DNA of 64,000 nucleotides from NCBI GenBank assembly GCA_951406725.2, contig OX597814.1, positions 149,048,001-149,112,000 of the forward strand, in the 5' to 3' direction. The position numbers were made by a program, and so were the translations under genes. Source of the stretch: Octopus vulgaris. Taxonomy: Eukaryota. Shown piece after piece: positions 13,154 through 26,789 of this stretch; the first letter of the stretch is position 1; each line of letters starts with the position of its first letter. The notes under the pieces were generated by a model, which did no database searches, had not been told where the DNA came from, and saw only the letters and a list, made by a program, of their open reading frames with translations.

Positions 13154-15074
13154 ATATATATTATATTATACAATTTTATGTAGAGATTGTTAACTTTAAC
13201 AAGGCTCACAAACAGGCTAGAATTAACGTGCTCTAATTGAGCTAAGTTACAATTTATAATTTCAATAGAGGCAATATCAGCGGAAAACTAGAGGAACATG
13301 ACCTATTATCAAATAGAATAATCAATATATTTGTATACTTTCATTAGACATTAATAAATCAATATAAAGTTCCAGATAATACAGTATTGAAACATACAAT
13401 TATATAAACATATAAATATTTAATATTTAAAAATACGCAAATATTTAAAAATATTTTTAAATATTTAAAAATTCGTTGGCATTATAAATATATAAATACA
13501 TAAATCGATATACAAATATATAAGAAATAGATATAAAACGTCGGTATGATATACGATAAAAATTCGTATTTAAAAATATTCAAAAATTCTCATATATATA
13601 AATACACAGGCATTAGTCTCCCTTTAAATGACATAATATGTGCTTCATCTTTTGAACGCTTTCATAGGTGACTATTATTTGTTTTTGTGAAAGAAGATTT
13701 AATAGAAATATACCTGAACATTATTACGAATGGTAAATATAGCTGACTGTCATTTTCAATAACCTTGTTTCAATTGGTCATGTATGTCATGAAATTATAA
13801 ATCTCTTCTGTGCCTTAAATTTCTAGTTGTTACAAAATAATATAAAAGGTATTTTATGTAATGTCAGAAAGAATAACTTTCTATGAAGACGTATTTTTTT
13901 TGGAATTACAAAAATTGAAAATGAACAAGAAACTGGAATAATATGCTATAGTAACCCCAACAGAATGACTGGCATATTCATAAGTTTGTATTCTTAGAGG
14001 AAAATTGTAACGCATTTCACGTATTAAAAGGGCTCGTTTTTCACGCTAAATTACGACCGTCTCCCTGTGCGTGCGTTTCCAGACACAAATTCTCACAAGT
14101 ACACACAGACACAGACATACAGGTATACACACGTACTCACACAAACACATGCACAAACAGACACATACATAGGTACACACGCAGTTGGCTGTAATGAACT
14201 CACCGTTAATTTTCATCCGTGCAAAATTACCTGGCAAAGCACATCAAGAAAGTGATGACATCCTGGAATTGTTTAGAAAACAGAAAATAACACCGTAGAT
14301 GTCGATATAAATTTATCTACCCAGATATTTGGTCTGAGATTAATTCTACACCTTATTAAATATTTATTAAAATTTTATCAAATATTCCTACCTATCTTTA
14401 TCATATCCTTCTTTATGTCTGTTATCATCGTGGCCAAATGTAATGTAATTAAAGGATCTATGACTAGTTTCTACTGAGGAGACCCGACCATGCCGAAGCA
14501 ATCATGTTTATAAATAGTAAGGAGAAAATACTTCGGTTGAAAAGTAATTAATTGAAATTAAATATTGAAAAAAATCGGATATATTTTATTTAGTCAACTA
14601 CAGAAATTTTCGGCAAGACAAAAACACATCTCCCTTTAAAAGAAAATGAGCAACCGATAACAAATCGACTCTACAGTGTTAGAGAAAATGATTATCTTTG
14701 ATTTTTTTTCTGTATCCAGAAAAAAACAAAACACTATTCACAGACTTAAAGAGGTTAACATGATTTTGACACAACCCTAAGATTTCACGGGGAAAAATAG
14801 AAAAGCGACAACCAGAGGCCTTATGTATTATTGGTAAGTTAACCATGAAAACTCTATTGTTTCATTCAGTCGACAGATATAAAAGAAAAAAACAAACAAA
14901 CATTAAACAAAAGCTAAAAAAAGACAAAAATAATGACAAATCAAATTTCTTTATCGGATTTCTTAAGCAGGCCTGACATCAAAGCAGCTATCTCACTTTA
15001 TCAAATTATCTTTTCTCCATCTTGTTGTGGTTGTTTCAGGTCTTATATATTTTGTTAGTTGTGGTTTTCTTCTC

Positions 15075-15115
<41 letters not shown>

Positions 15116-15125
15116 GCTACTACTA

Positions 15126-15218
<93 letters not shown>

Positions 15219-15332
15219 ACACCACCACCACCACCACTACTACTACTACTACTGCTAATACTACTACTACTACTACCACCACTACTACTACCACCACAAC
15301 AACCACTACTACTACTATCATCACTACCACCA

Positions 15333-15398
<66 letters not shown>
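15075..15398. repeat. Compound (CTA)n/(CTG)n/(CCA)n microsatellite
   Basis: Direct reading; source of the poly-L/T/Y/V pseudo-ORFs. Confidence 0.95.
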
Positions 15399-15400
<2 letters not shown>

Positions 15401-15967
15401 TATGTTAACCGCGTATTTTCGCTATCACTTCCAACTCAGTTCCCTATCGCTCAATATCCTATCATCTAATATTAGTTTTAATGTTGCTGTTCCTATTGCT
15501 GCTGCTACCTCTTCTATTGATGGTGATGGTGATGATGATGATGCGGATGATGATCTTCATCCTCATGAAGTTGACGACGACGACGATGATGATGATGATG
15601 CATATTTTATTACCATAAGACATATCGACCAAGCAGAAGAGCAGCAGCCATATCATTCATGTCATGTTCTTGCTATACTTCTTCAAGTGTTGCATCAGAT
15701 TTGATTCATTAACACGTTTCATGCAGAATAAAGAGAAAAAGAATAATAATGAATTCTTATTAAAACAGGCCTTAATATAGTTTACCCAGGCTTTAAGCGG
15801 GCTGTTATGGTGGGTTGTATTATATTATAGCTCCACTGATATTTGATTGGTATTTCAGTTATTCGTCCCAAGAAATATTGTGGCTTGATTTCAAAGCAGC
15901 CAAATACTGCAAAGCATTTTCTCGGCTATTCTAGCTTTTCTGATATTGTAATTATTCCCAGTAATTC

Positions 15968-16380
15968 TTTCTACTCTAGACACAAGGCCGGAAATTTTGA
16001 TGCAAACAGCTAGTCGATAAGATCGACGTGAGTGCACGTCTGGTACTTATTTTATCATTCCAGTAAGAATAAATCGACCTCTGCAGTATCTGAGCGCCGA
16101 ACGTAAAGCCAGATCAAATGCTTCTTGATTGTGGACGGTGTGTTAACGAATCTGCCAGCTCACCGCCTTATAATTATTCCTAATAATTTCGATTTTTTTC
16201 ACAAGGCCAGCAATTTCGTATCTGTGTGTGGTGGTGCGTGGGAGTAAGTTGATTAAATTGAACCCCAGTGTTCAACTGGTACTTATTTACCGAAAGGATG
16301 AAAGCATATTCGAACTCGGAAAGGTGAAATGCTTACCCACATTTCATGACATGCTAATTATTCTGCCAGTTGACCGCCTT
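15968..16380 (-). mobile_element. Two degenerate copies of tRNA-derived SINE family A
   Basis: cacaaggcc...gtcgat...ggtacttatt...tctgccagctcaccgcc matches the reverse complement of 30269-30660. Confidence 0.75.
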
Positions 16381-16479
16381 AGACTTATTCCTAATAATAA
16401 TGATTTTAAGATTAGACTAATATTTTTCTGTCTACCCACAAGATTGTCACAATAAGTTTGATACTCCATTCAAGATATT

Positions 16480-17900
16480 GCAAATCCTAGCAATGGTGTT
16501 ACTCTACATTACATATGTCTAGTGAACTGAGAGACTATTTGTTAATAAGATTTTTGAGATTTTTTAGAAGGTTTTGCATATTTCGTGCCTGAGTGGATAG
16601 CGGACGACTAAGTCAAAATCATTTCTGGTTCTTAGGGAAATGGAAACGTGTACTGATTTCAATTTGAGCGAATTTTTCTTGCTGTTTTTCTAGTTGTTTT
16701 TTGCACAGATCAAAGGGTTATTTTCAGATATCTTTTACTGGTTAAATGCATCTATTCAAATCCATGTTGTGATTTGGTGAGGTGAATGAGAAGGTTAGTG
16801 ATATGAAGAACATGTCTGTTTCCAAATGTCTTGATTATCAGCTTTATACGCATCATCCTCTGTAACACTTAATACTTAGAACGGTCTCCTAGCGAACTCT
16901 GTCTTTCATAGTAAATAGTAGGCGTTCATGGGGAATGAGGGAGCCAGGTTTCAGTACCTCAATAGACGCCGTTGCAAGTCTTCATTTCATTTTCCTCCTT
17001 TGTTAGTTGCCGTAATAGCATTTGATAAACTAATTTATCTTTACTTCACAGACATTGCAAACTGATTTTTAAACTGTATTATGATATAATTGTATTCATC
17101 TAAGGGATGTTACCGTATATTTGCATGTTACATTAGTGCTTTCCATAATGTGTCTTCTGCTGGGTTGAGTAGCAGGATGTATAGTCCAAGGCATTTACCT
17201 TTGTTTTACTGAGAATAAACACAGCTTCGACAGCTTCGATGAATGAAATCTTTGTGTAATTAGACAGATCACTTTTCCATTGCTCCACTATGCTACCTAG
17301 CGATGGTTCGGTTCTACTTTATGCTTGTTAGTATCTTCCATTAGAAAGCCAATATCTTGAAAGTTGTATTGCTGCTTTAAGTTTTTGTAATTCAAAGTAT
17401 TCAACCATTTGTGTTTTAAAGCATGAAATCTATTTTCGATTCATTCATATATCCCTATTTATGTGGCATGACATTCAATTCTATGTAGCAGCATAATCGC
17501 TTCTTCTAATTGTATACCGGATATTGTAGCTATATCAACTGTGCAGTCTGCATCCGTCACAGCGAAACCTTGATATCTTCTACAATCTACTTGTTTCAGG
17601 CTGAATTCCATATTTATAATCCTTTCAAAATTGTTCTCATAGCACAGTCCAGTATCACTATAAATAAGGATAAATACAGCTTCTACTTTGAAATATGTTG
17701 TTTGTCAACATCTGAGACGTTACCTTTGCTGATGAATTATCAGCCATAATGACAATTTCCTTTATATTCATAATTGTTCTTCCATGTACTCTCACAATTT
17801 TGAACAACTTGTTGGATTCTATTGCAACATTTACCAAGTTATATAAAAGAGATTGCTACTTGTAAATGTTTTGATTTGATTTGATTGCAACTTGTAAATG
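16480..17900 (-). mobile_element. Degenerate RTE/RTEX-type LINE RT
   Basis: Minus-strand translation near 17350-17700, pieced across frameshifts, gives LFIVILDCAMRTIL, VDCRRYQGFAVTDADCTVDIATIS (degenerate YADD) and LEEAIMLLHRIECHA..IG..MNESK. Confidence 0.7.
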
Positions 17901-18589
17901 TTTTGATTTGAGACGTTCAGTTAATCTATATTGCAAAAAATGATGAGTGTGTAGACCGGATTGATCGAAATCCATTTTGACATTTGCAAAAGAGTTATTT
18001 CATATGGAACATTATTCTTGCTAGAAGACAGCTTTGAAAAGCACAAGAGGGTGATCATTCTATACTTTACGGATTGACGCAGTATGTTTTTCTTTCTCAG
18101 TAAAGATGTCTTAATTTGCTATATTTCTACTTTGAAATTATTTAGCGTTTTATTTTATATTTCACATTATTTCTTATTTCTAATAAGGGCGCTCTAGGAA
18201 TGTTATCAGTGGGAATGATATAGATTTTCATTTTAGATTAGCATACGCATAACCTTTCCTTTCATTTCTCTTTTGTAAAGTAATTGATATCAATGGGTAC
18301 TAAAAAAACAACAAATGATGAATAATTCTTCCGTTTACCTTGTGAAATTGATATTTAGTTCGATTTTTACCTGCGATGCTAATTGCTCGTTTATATCTAT
18401 CACTTGCATAAACTTCCAATATTCTTCCTTTTTTTTAGCACAATGAATTTCCTTTAATTTCTTTTTCAAATATGAAGTTTCTAGTCTAAATAATGCAAAC
18501 TGAGCATAGCAATTTTACTACACGTTAACGGTCATTCAAATTCTACATGCTGGAAGAATAATTCTTCTTCCTGTTTCTCCACATTGCAG

Positions 18590-19440
18590 AAGAATAGTAG
18601 CTTCCAAGTAGAAGCAACGTATCGTCATTAAGTCGTGACAGAGGAGGTGGAGCATTGACCGACATTCACATAAGGCTACTAATTAAAAAAGGTGACAATA
18701 TTAACAAAGGTAATTTTCACAAATACATATTGTAAAGAATGGAAAACTAGTATGGAGGGCAAATCACGCTGTGAGAGATCATCAAGTGTGATCACTAATA
18801 CAAATCGCTATCGAGTGGACGAACTGATTCGTACCGACAGACAACTTACTATGGAATGCGAAATGGCTTCACATCTTTCCTCCAAGACACCAGAAGTTCA
18901 AGAGACAACGCTCTGCGCAGAATTTCAAAGTGACTATTTCTGCGGTTGACAAGGACATCATTCTCTTTAATTTTCTTGCACATTGCGACACAGTGGAAAC
19001 CGATCAGTTCCTCTACAACACGGAAAGATTACAGAAGTCATTCGGAGAAATAGAGCGAACAAGTGTATGAAAATAATCCGTATTAACCAAGGCAATTCTT
19101 GACACCACACAATACTTTGGCAACAAATTCGACAATCGGTATATCGTGCTGGTCAGTGGCCTACATCAAAGGTACTGCCGGGATCTGGTACCCTCTTACC
19201 TACTCCTCTTGGATGAAGGACAGTGTACAAGAGCAACGATATGATGTCACAGATTATGAAATTAACTGGGAAATAGTTTGTGCAATATGGACATTTGAAT
19301 TATTTTAAATTTATTCGAGAGTGAGGTACAACTATGTCGTAAATGTATCGATTGTGACGAGATTCTGTCGAGTTGTATTTTGTACCGAGAAATACTCAAG
19401 CCGCATGTGCGAATTGAACAAGTTATGTCTGCTAATAAAA
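18590..19440 (+). mobile_element. Degenerate mariner transposase
   Basis: ORF 18692-18949 contains SRCERSSSVITNTNRYRVDELIRTDRQLT (linker/HTH, cf. RSGRP...V.ELI..DRR.T); YCRDLVPSY near 19172-19200 resembles YSPDLAPSD. Confidence 0.7.
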
Positions 19441-19967
19441 TGATTATACCAAATTTTTGTACAACACTTGTATTATTCTTTGGTCATCTATATATTTGTT
19501 AATTCTCCTTTAGTTATAACATTTTCGAGTTTGGTGTATTCTGTGTTTGTATTACGTTGCTGTTGGCTGTGGATATATTTTCTGAAATTTATTTTTTTAA
19601 CTATGATGCCGATCTTTTGAAATGATGCTGTATTTTTAAAATTTATTTTTGTGTGTCGTTTTAATGGTGTATGGGACTTGTTAGTATGCCCATAAGATTT
19701 GATTATCTTGATGTATATTGATTCGTCTAATCTGATGTATTCAATTGTCACTTGCTCGTATTTGCTGTGTGCTTAGATGTCGTGTGCTATTTATGTATTT
19801 TCACCATTACTTAAAAGATCCCAGACATATTCAAGTAGTTTGCTAGATTAACCGTTGGCTGGAAATAACATAAATGTGGTCGTTTGAGTAGGTCGTATGA
19901 AACCTGCAGTATGTCTCAGAGCTTCTTGTAAATTTATATGTATTCTGTCTGCACTTTGTACTCTGAT

Positions 19968-20017
<50 letters not shown>

Positions 20018-20079
20018 ATAGCATCCAGATTGTTGCACACATAACTTTAAAATTGTGGTTTCCCTTCCTGGACCTAAAA

Positions 20080-20560
20080 TAGTCAGACAATCTTTTAGTT
20101 TCCAAGGTGATGCCAGGTCACGCACAACTTATTCCGTGTATGACAATGCAGTGAGAAAACTGAAAGTTGACACTTAACTGGCTGAGGAGAAATAAGAGCA
20201 ACTTTGTTTTCTCGGTGTGTGAATATTTCATGAAACATCCTTTAACACTATTGTCAAAGTCAATCGGAGAACTTGATGCCATTTTTGCACAAATCCAACA
20301 TATTTTCGAAAAACTGTCATAGTGAATAGTCCTTTCAATCTCTTTTCGACTCGTGTTGTTCTTTTCCCCATACACGAAGGTTTATATTCCATACATCTTT
20401 CGCGCCGCATATACAACCAACTACATATTCAGTACTACAATTTATGATTGTTGTGTACTTGTTTGCGCTGATTTCGCGAAACTGCTAATCTTGGTATCAC
20501 AAACTGCTTATATAGCAACTACATATATCACGTGGAGTGGTAGTGATGAGATGGTATTGT
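20080..20560 (-). mobile_element. Possible very degenerate mariner-like remnant
   Basis: Minus-strand peptides VYGE and RTIHYDSFSKIC resemble mariner segments only weakly. Confidence 0.3.
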
Positions 20561-21104
20561 TTGGAAGTATATATGGTTAAAGCTACTATATATATGGTTA
20601 CTGCAGATATTATGACCCTTGCTTTCTACTGCGCTATAATTCATTTCTAGAAATTCATTTCTTTAGAATTCGATGTTAGACTCCTGTTATCATTATTGTT
20701 GCAGGACGAGTGACTGCTGTTTTTTTTTTTACTGTTCTTAGTTTTCCATTGTTTTGGGGTTCAAAATATACTTGCTTCGTATTAGTATTATTGTTGTTCA
20801 TGATGCTGTGATTATTGCCTTTCATGATATTATTTGTTATTATTTTTCCTGTTGCTCTGATTTTGTTATAGGTTTTAATTTTCATTTCAAACTCGAGTTT
20901 TGTTACAATGTTAACGCTCTCCTTCGTACTGCTGTGTTATATCACTTTGAAACCTTTTTGCGTAAATCCGCTTTACCCTTCCGTAACAAAGAGTTAAAAA
21001 GTGAGTATATCAGCGATACTAGTAGGGAGAAGTTCATGTCACTTTTCAAATCCTTGTTCCCATTCAAGCATTAGAAATTATGACATTTATACTGGGAAAT
21101 ATTG

Positions 21105-21305
21105 GTTTCAAAGCTATCAATTTCGGGAGAAGGATAAACCGATTAAATCGACACTAGTGCTCAACTGAGACTTATTTTATCGATCCCGAAGAGATGAATT
21201 GCACAATGGACATCGGTGGAATTTGAGCTTACAACTTAAATGCGGATGAAATGTCGGTAAGTGTTTTACCCGACGCGGTAATGACTATGCCAAGCTCAGT
21301 GCCTC
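21105..21305 (-). mobile_element. SINE family A, degenerate
   Basis: cttattttatcgatcccgaagagatgaa...ggtggaatttgagct. Confidence 0.75.
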
Positions 21306-23097
21306 TAATGTTCCTCAGCCGTCTATAAATGATGAGAAAAGGCAACAGTAACTTACCTACACAAACAAAGTATTAAAATATTTTGAAACACTCTTTTACC
21401 TTAGACAATTTTCATATTTGTTATATTTTGGTATGATCATTTTCTTAATTTTTTGCCAAATAAACACCCTCAATATATATTTGTTTTAGTGCCCTTCGTC
21501 TCAAATCTTTCGTGTCACACCCTGTGACCCCTTCAGCGACTCTCCGTCCTACGTGTGTCCCCCTGTCCTGTTTAGTTCATTCTGTCTTCCTGGACACGTG
21601 GAATAGATAGTTGTTGAAGATGTCATAAGATGTGTGACAAAAGATGTCAGAGAAAAGATTCTAAAATAAGAATGATAAGCCCTAGTACAGAACGAGTATA
21701 TAGTGCGTGTGTTTATTTGCCAAAACAAAATATGGCCATCCCTAAATATAACAATATCTGTAAAACACCATTATTTAACATCAGGAATATTGCAAAACGA
21801 ATACGTAAACGTAAGATTTTGATATTATCATCAATAAATGAAGCTAAACTCGCAGTAAGTGGATGCTTAAGATCAGAGTTTTGGGGTAGAATAAATAGCA
21901 GTAACAGCTAGAAAAAAAAGAGGCCAGAATAACAACGAATACAGAATGAGAAATGACAGCAATCATTATGATTTCTTTTATTTGCAACAGGCGAGTAATA
22001 ATAAGAATACTGTCTGATTTAAGTATGAATTAAGTACTTTGAACAGAGGGAAGTAGTCAATATTGTCTGTACTTTCATTTATTATTCCAACTGTGTTCAA
22101 ACGTTTACTTCAGAAAAGCCGCAATTTTATTTTCATTTCATTTTCTTTCTATTTTTTGTTTGCGTGGGTATTGATTTAATACTCGAAGAAGGAATGGCAA
22201 GATTTGAAATTAGAACATAAAAACCGGCGATAAAAGCATAAGGCATTTACTGAAACGATGTAAGGATTCCGACAATGCACTACCCTTTCTCATTCCTTAT
22301 AACATTAACATTAATAAATATATTTTTATTAGCTACTACTTCTCGCTGAAATTCTCAAAAAATTCAAAATACTATTTCTCACGTTCTCCTTGTAGGTCAT
22401 AAAGTGGTGCACACCCAAGAAAATGACATTTAGCCCTCTTGAATACCATATATTCATAAGTATATATGGGGTATTCATGGCAGGTACACATGCTTGTGTG
22501 TGTGTTTATATGTTTGCGTGTATGTAATTACGTGATGGGTGTGTTTGGTTGTAACTGTATGTTTCTCAGCGTGTGTATACAAGCAGAAACAGGTCCTTCT
22601 TTGTATAAGTTTCTTCATGAATGCACGAGGGTGCGTATGTTGCATATATCTTCTTAGGACTAGAATTATTTAGAGAACAAGTAATGCCATTCATTACATT
22701 TCCGTTGAACATAACATATAAAAAAAAATATCAAAGAATCCCTCGTTCATTTTCGCTATTTCCTACGAAATTTGTCACACTGACTTTTATGTTAGCAGTA
22801 ACTTCAAAAGATCGCATTTAGAGTCACATTAGCATATAAATTGTCAGCTACCATATATCCATACATATATACATACATACAAACAATCATACACACACAA
22901 ACACACACAAACACACACATATCAGTGTACGTGTGTGCGCATGTGTCTGTATGTATGTGTGTGTGGGGGGGGTAAGTGTGTGTGTTAATGTGTGACCACA
23001 GTCTAATAACAGAGACAAGTAAAAGGTAACAAAAGATACATATACATACACATAATATATATATATATGTATGGCTATATACGTATGTAAGTATATA

Positions 23098-23138
<41 letters not shown>

Positions 23139-23775
23139 ATGTATGTATATAGATATACATATATGAATTTATATAACTATATGTGTGTGTGTGCGTTTGT
23201 GTGAGAGAGAGATAGAGTGTACACACACACATCCATTTATGTGTATAGACATACATTTATATACAGGGAGATAAATATATAGAGAACGGGCAAGTGCATA
23301 GCAGATGGGTTACATGCTATGGATAGAGTAAGCAATTTGTTCATATCTATGTCTATGTCCATGCTATGTACGGGTCCATGTGCGTATGTAAAAGCAAATA
23401 TAGAAAAACATATATGTAAAAGCACAGCTGCGCGCACAGAGATTGCACACACACAGTATATTAGGAGAAGTCAGGTTTGTAGGGGAAGAAATAAACAACA
23501 AAATGAACATCGGTTTTTGTGGAGGTGAAATATGTATGTGAGTATGCGTATAACGCACTGGAATATTATATGTGAATTATAGGTCAAAATTAAAGATGCA
23601 TTTTGTCGTTATAATTGAATAGTTATATGCTATAAAGCAGATATCTTTTGAGGGCGAAAAACAGGCAAGATATGTGTTTTCTTTTAAAGGTCGCCTTAAC
23701 GTAGATCTCATTATATACACACACCTGCACACACGCAAACATTTATGCACATATATATGTATGCCTGTAGATATA

Positions 23776-23937
23776 GGCACAGGAGTGGATGTGTGTTAAG
23801 TAGCTTGCTTTCCAACCACATTGTTCATGGTTCAGTACCACTGCGTAGCACCTTGGTCAAGTATCTTCTACTGTAGCCTCGGGCTGGACAAAGCCTTGTG
23901 AGTGGGTTTGGGGGACGGAAACTGAAAGAAGCCCGTC

Positions 23938-23940
<3 letters not shown>
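23776..23940 (+). mobile_element. tRNA-derived SINE family B, 5' part
   Basis: A-box/B-box-like head (ggagtggatgtgtgttaagtagc / ggttcagtacc), ending gaaactgaaagaagcccgtcg before (TA)n. Confidence 0.85.
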
Positions 23941-23984
<44 letters not shown>

Positions 23985-23987
23985 AAA

Positions 23988-24019
<32 letters not shown>

Positions 24020-24106
24020 AGAATGTTCAAAAGGAATACACGAGTTGAAAAATATATGGACAAAAAGTCAAGGTAGAAAATGCTAAAATTATTTATATAA
24101 ACATTT

Positions 24107-24142
24107 CAGTACTGGTTTCAGTCATTGAGATCTTTTCAACTG
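24107..24142 (-). ncRNA. Variant minimal type I hammerhead ribozyme motif, probably decayed
   Basis: Minus strand reads cag-UUGAAAA-gauc-ucaau-gacu-GAAA-ccag-UA-cug: stem I cag/cug, compensatory U3/A8 core, near-palindromic stem III. It lies downstream of a Penelope-like remnant. Confidence 0.6.
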
Positions 24143-24303
24143 TAAGTATGGAAAACAATTAAATTTGGGAAAAATTAAATGATAAATTTTTTTAAAAGAA
24201 TATTTGCTTAGTATTCAAATACAAGGGGCATTTTCCTTGTTTCTGTCTGTATCTTTCTCTCTTGTTTATTCTTGTGGGTTCGAGGTCGTTGTGAATTCTT
24301 GGC

Positions 24304-24460
24304 AGAAGAAGAAGAAGAAGAAGAAGAAGAAGAAGAAGAAGAAGAAGAAGAAGAAGAAGAAGAAGAAGAAGAAGAAGAAGAAGAAGAAGAAGAAGAAGAA
24401 GAAGAAGAAGAAGAAGAAGAAGAAGAAGAAGAAGAAGAAGAAGAAGAAGAAGAAGAAGAA
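24304..24460. repeat. Pure (GAA)n microsatellite (~52 units)
   Basis: Direct reading. Confidence 0.97.
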
Positions 24461-24479
24461 ATAATAGAATAATGCGGGA

Positions 24480-24845
24480 TGGTATGATGGGTCGTTATAG
24501 ATTATAGCAGTGATTGGGACTGTTTTTATTGAATTCTTGGGTATCTCTTGTGAATGTATCATTTTTAATATTTGTGTTCGTGTTATTCTAAGGTCGTGGT
24601 GGATATATCTTTTGTTTTAAATGTGTGGTGGATATGTCATTTGTTTTAGATGGGTTTGTATTTTGTGAAGCTTGTATTTAGTGAAGCTCAATTTTCTGAA
24701 GCTTGGACTTTTGTTATTGGCGCAAATGTCGATGTGTTGGCTGAATGATATTTTTCTGTTTTTTAGAATTTTGATCTGGGGTCGGTTTGTTCGACTAAAA
24801 CCTATCAAGGCAGTGCGTAATGTCCACAGTCAAATATGGAAACAA
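24480..24845 (-). mobile_element. Penelope-like element GIY-YIG C-terminal remnant
   Basis: ORF 24617-24808 RPQIKILKNRKISFSQHIDICANNKSPSF resembles the H.QQI....R...S.H...C....F tail of PLE GIY-YIG endonucleases; HHR-like motif downstream. Confidence 0.5.
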
Positions 24846-24849
24846 TTTT

Positions 24850-25385
24850 ATTTCTTTATTGCCCACAGCGGACTAAACATATAGGAGACAAACAAAGGGA
24901 TTAAGTCGTTTACATCCACCCCAATGCGTAACTTGTACTTATTTAATCGACCCCGAAATATGGTGAAAGGCAAAGTCGACCTCGGCGGAATTTGAACTCA
25001 GAACGTAACCGCAGACGAAATACCGCTAAGCATTTCGCCCGGTGTGTTAACGTTTCATATTTCTTTACTACTCACAAGGGGCTACACACAGAGTGGACAA
25101 ACAAGGACAGACAGACGGATTAGGTCAATTATATCGACCCCAGTGCGTAACTGGTTCTTAATTTATCGACCCCGAAAGGATGAAAGGCAAACTCGACTTC
25201 GGCGGAATTTGAATTCAGAACATAAAAACAGACGAAATACCTATTTCTTTACTACCCACAAGGGGCTAAACACAGAGGGAACGAACAAGGACAGACACAC
25301 GGATTAAGTCGATTATATCGACCCCAGTGTGTTACAAATGAAATACGGCTACGCATTTCGCCCGGCATGTTAATGTTTCTGCCAG
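24850..25385 (-). mobile_element. Head-to-tail trimer of SINE family A
   Basis: Three units start tatttcttta at ~24850, ~25058 and ~25242; core atcgaccccgaaaggatgaaaggcaaa..cgac.tcggcggaatttgaa (deleted in the third unit). Confidence 0.9.
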
Positions 25386-25829
25386 GAAGCAACTGAATGA
25401 ATAAAAGAATAAGCGACTATGTAACATAACGACTTAGCATTGAAGAGAAGGCGAACATATTTGTATTTTTAAATTCACAAATTAGTATTTGCTCTGATTC
25501 TTTTATATAACTTATCTATTTCTGTCTTGTTTCTGATTTACTTTGTTATTACCTTCCTATTATCTTTCCTGTTTCTAAAAGCCAGTACGGGCTTTTACTG
25601 TTTGAAGATTTCTGTAAGCAAATATTCCATCGCTGAGATGCATCACTCATCCAGGAAATTTACTCACCGAAAAAGTATACGTTTTGTATTCCTCATGGTA
25701 ACAATATTTATTGCACTTTTGGAGTATTTGTACTCACTTATTACCAACAAATACAATTCATGCTTTGTCAGCGTCTGTTACATACTTTATTTACCCAAAA
25801 CCAAACTATGGTTTAACAATATGTAGAAC

Positions 25830-26640
25830 TTATTTTGCAATTGGTGACTGGAATGTACGAAATGTGTATCTACTTCGAGAAGTACAACCACTAACTTATG
25901 AGATGGATTCATATTCGTGGAATATTGCAGAGGTTGTTCCAACAAAATGGACAAAAGATATTAAAAATGTTAATGATAAATGACATTGTATTTACTTCAG
26001 AGGAAAGGAAAGGAAATAGGAGCAACCTGTAGCTTTTATGATGCCTAAACTGTGTTAATATCAGTTACATATTACGCACCAATTTCCAGCAAAATATTCA
26101 CATTAACCAGGCAGCTAATCCACACAACATCTTAATCGTCGGAACCTAGTGATTTTATTAATGGAATAGAGGAACTGTGCAGCATTCCACCCCTGTTTTC
26201 TGATAAGATCCTAATGTTAGACTATCGATACATGGTTCTTTGTTTTGATCAGATTTTACGGGATATAGCTCGTGAACCCTAACATAAAAAATACATCTAA
26301 AGAACAGGTCAGGGACTAGAATACGGTATGAGATGCTAAAGTAACAGTTGGAAAATATGGCCTGGGAAAATAAAATAACAGTAATATTGGATTACTAGAA
26401 AATATTAAGAACAAAATCTAACCTCTGTAAGCGCATACGTGATTGGCAATCGACAATGACATTATTATAGTAATCACATAGAAGATTACATGAGAACTAA
26501 ATTGAATTAATCCTTATCTCTAAAATTAGTGGAATGATGTTTTTTCTCTATGCGCTGGCATAGGTAATGAACAGTATCTTTTAGTAATGGCAATAACAAT
26601 GGAACTCACATCAGTCAAGATAAAACTAATATGCAGAAAT
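25830..26640 (+). mobile_element. Degenerate APE endonuclease region of an RTE-type LINE
   Basis: IGDWNVRNVYLLREVQPLTYEMDSYSWNI...KWT (cf. IGTWNVRTL...ELT.EMDRY.WNI...RWT); later GKYGLG near 26350. Confidence 0.7.
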
Positions 26641-26789
26641 ATATAACAAAATATAAGAATATTTGATTTTCAAAATTTAACAGGCCAAACAAAAGAATCT
26701 AAAGTCCAAATAGGAAGAATATTCGTGTTATCCTCCTCCTCTTCTTCCTCCTCCTCTTCCTCTTCCTCATCCTCATCCTCATCCTCATT

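Noticed and set aside
14470-14505. ctgaggagacccgaccatgccgaagc as a hammerhead (similar weak motifs near 870-905 and 11665-11700)
   Set aside because: GAAA box and stems are broken; too degenerate to support
15022-15704. 225 aa poly-Leu/Tyr/Asp ORF and overlapping poly-Thr/Val ORFs
   Set aside because: Translations of trinucleotide microsatellites, open in several frames, with no domain content
17858-17911. Short tandem duplication (also attcatataaaagtacatgga x2 near 39687-39729)
   Set aside because: Ordinary replication slippage with no sign of function
24204-24562. Poly-Lys/Glu/Phe ORFs
   Set aside because: (GAA)n tract
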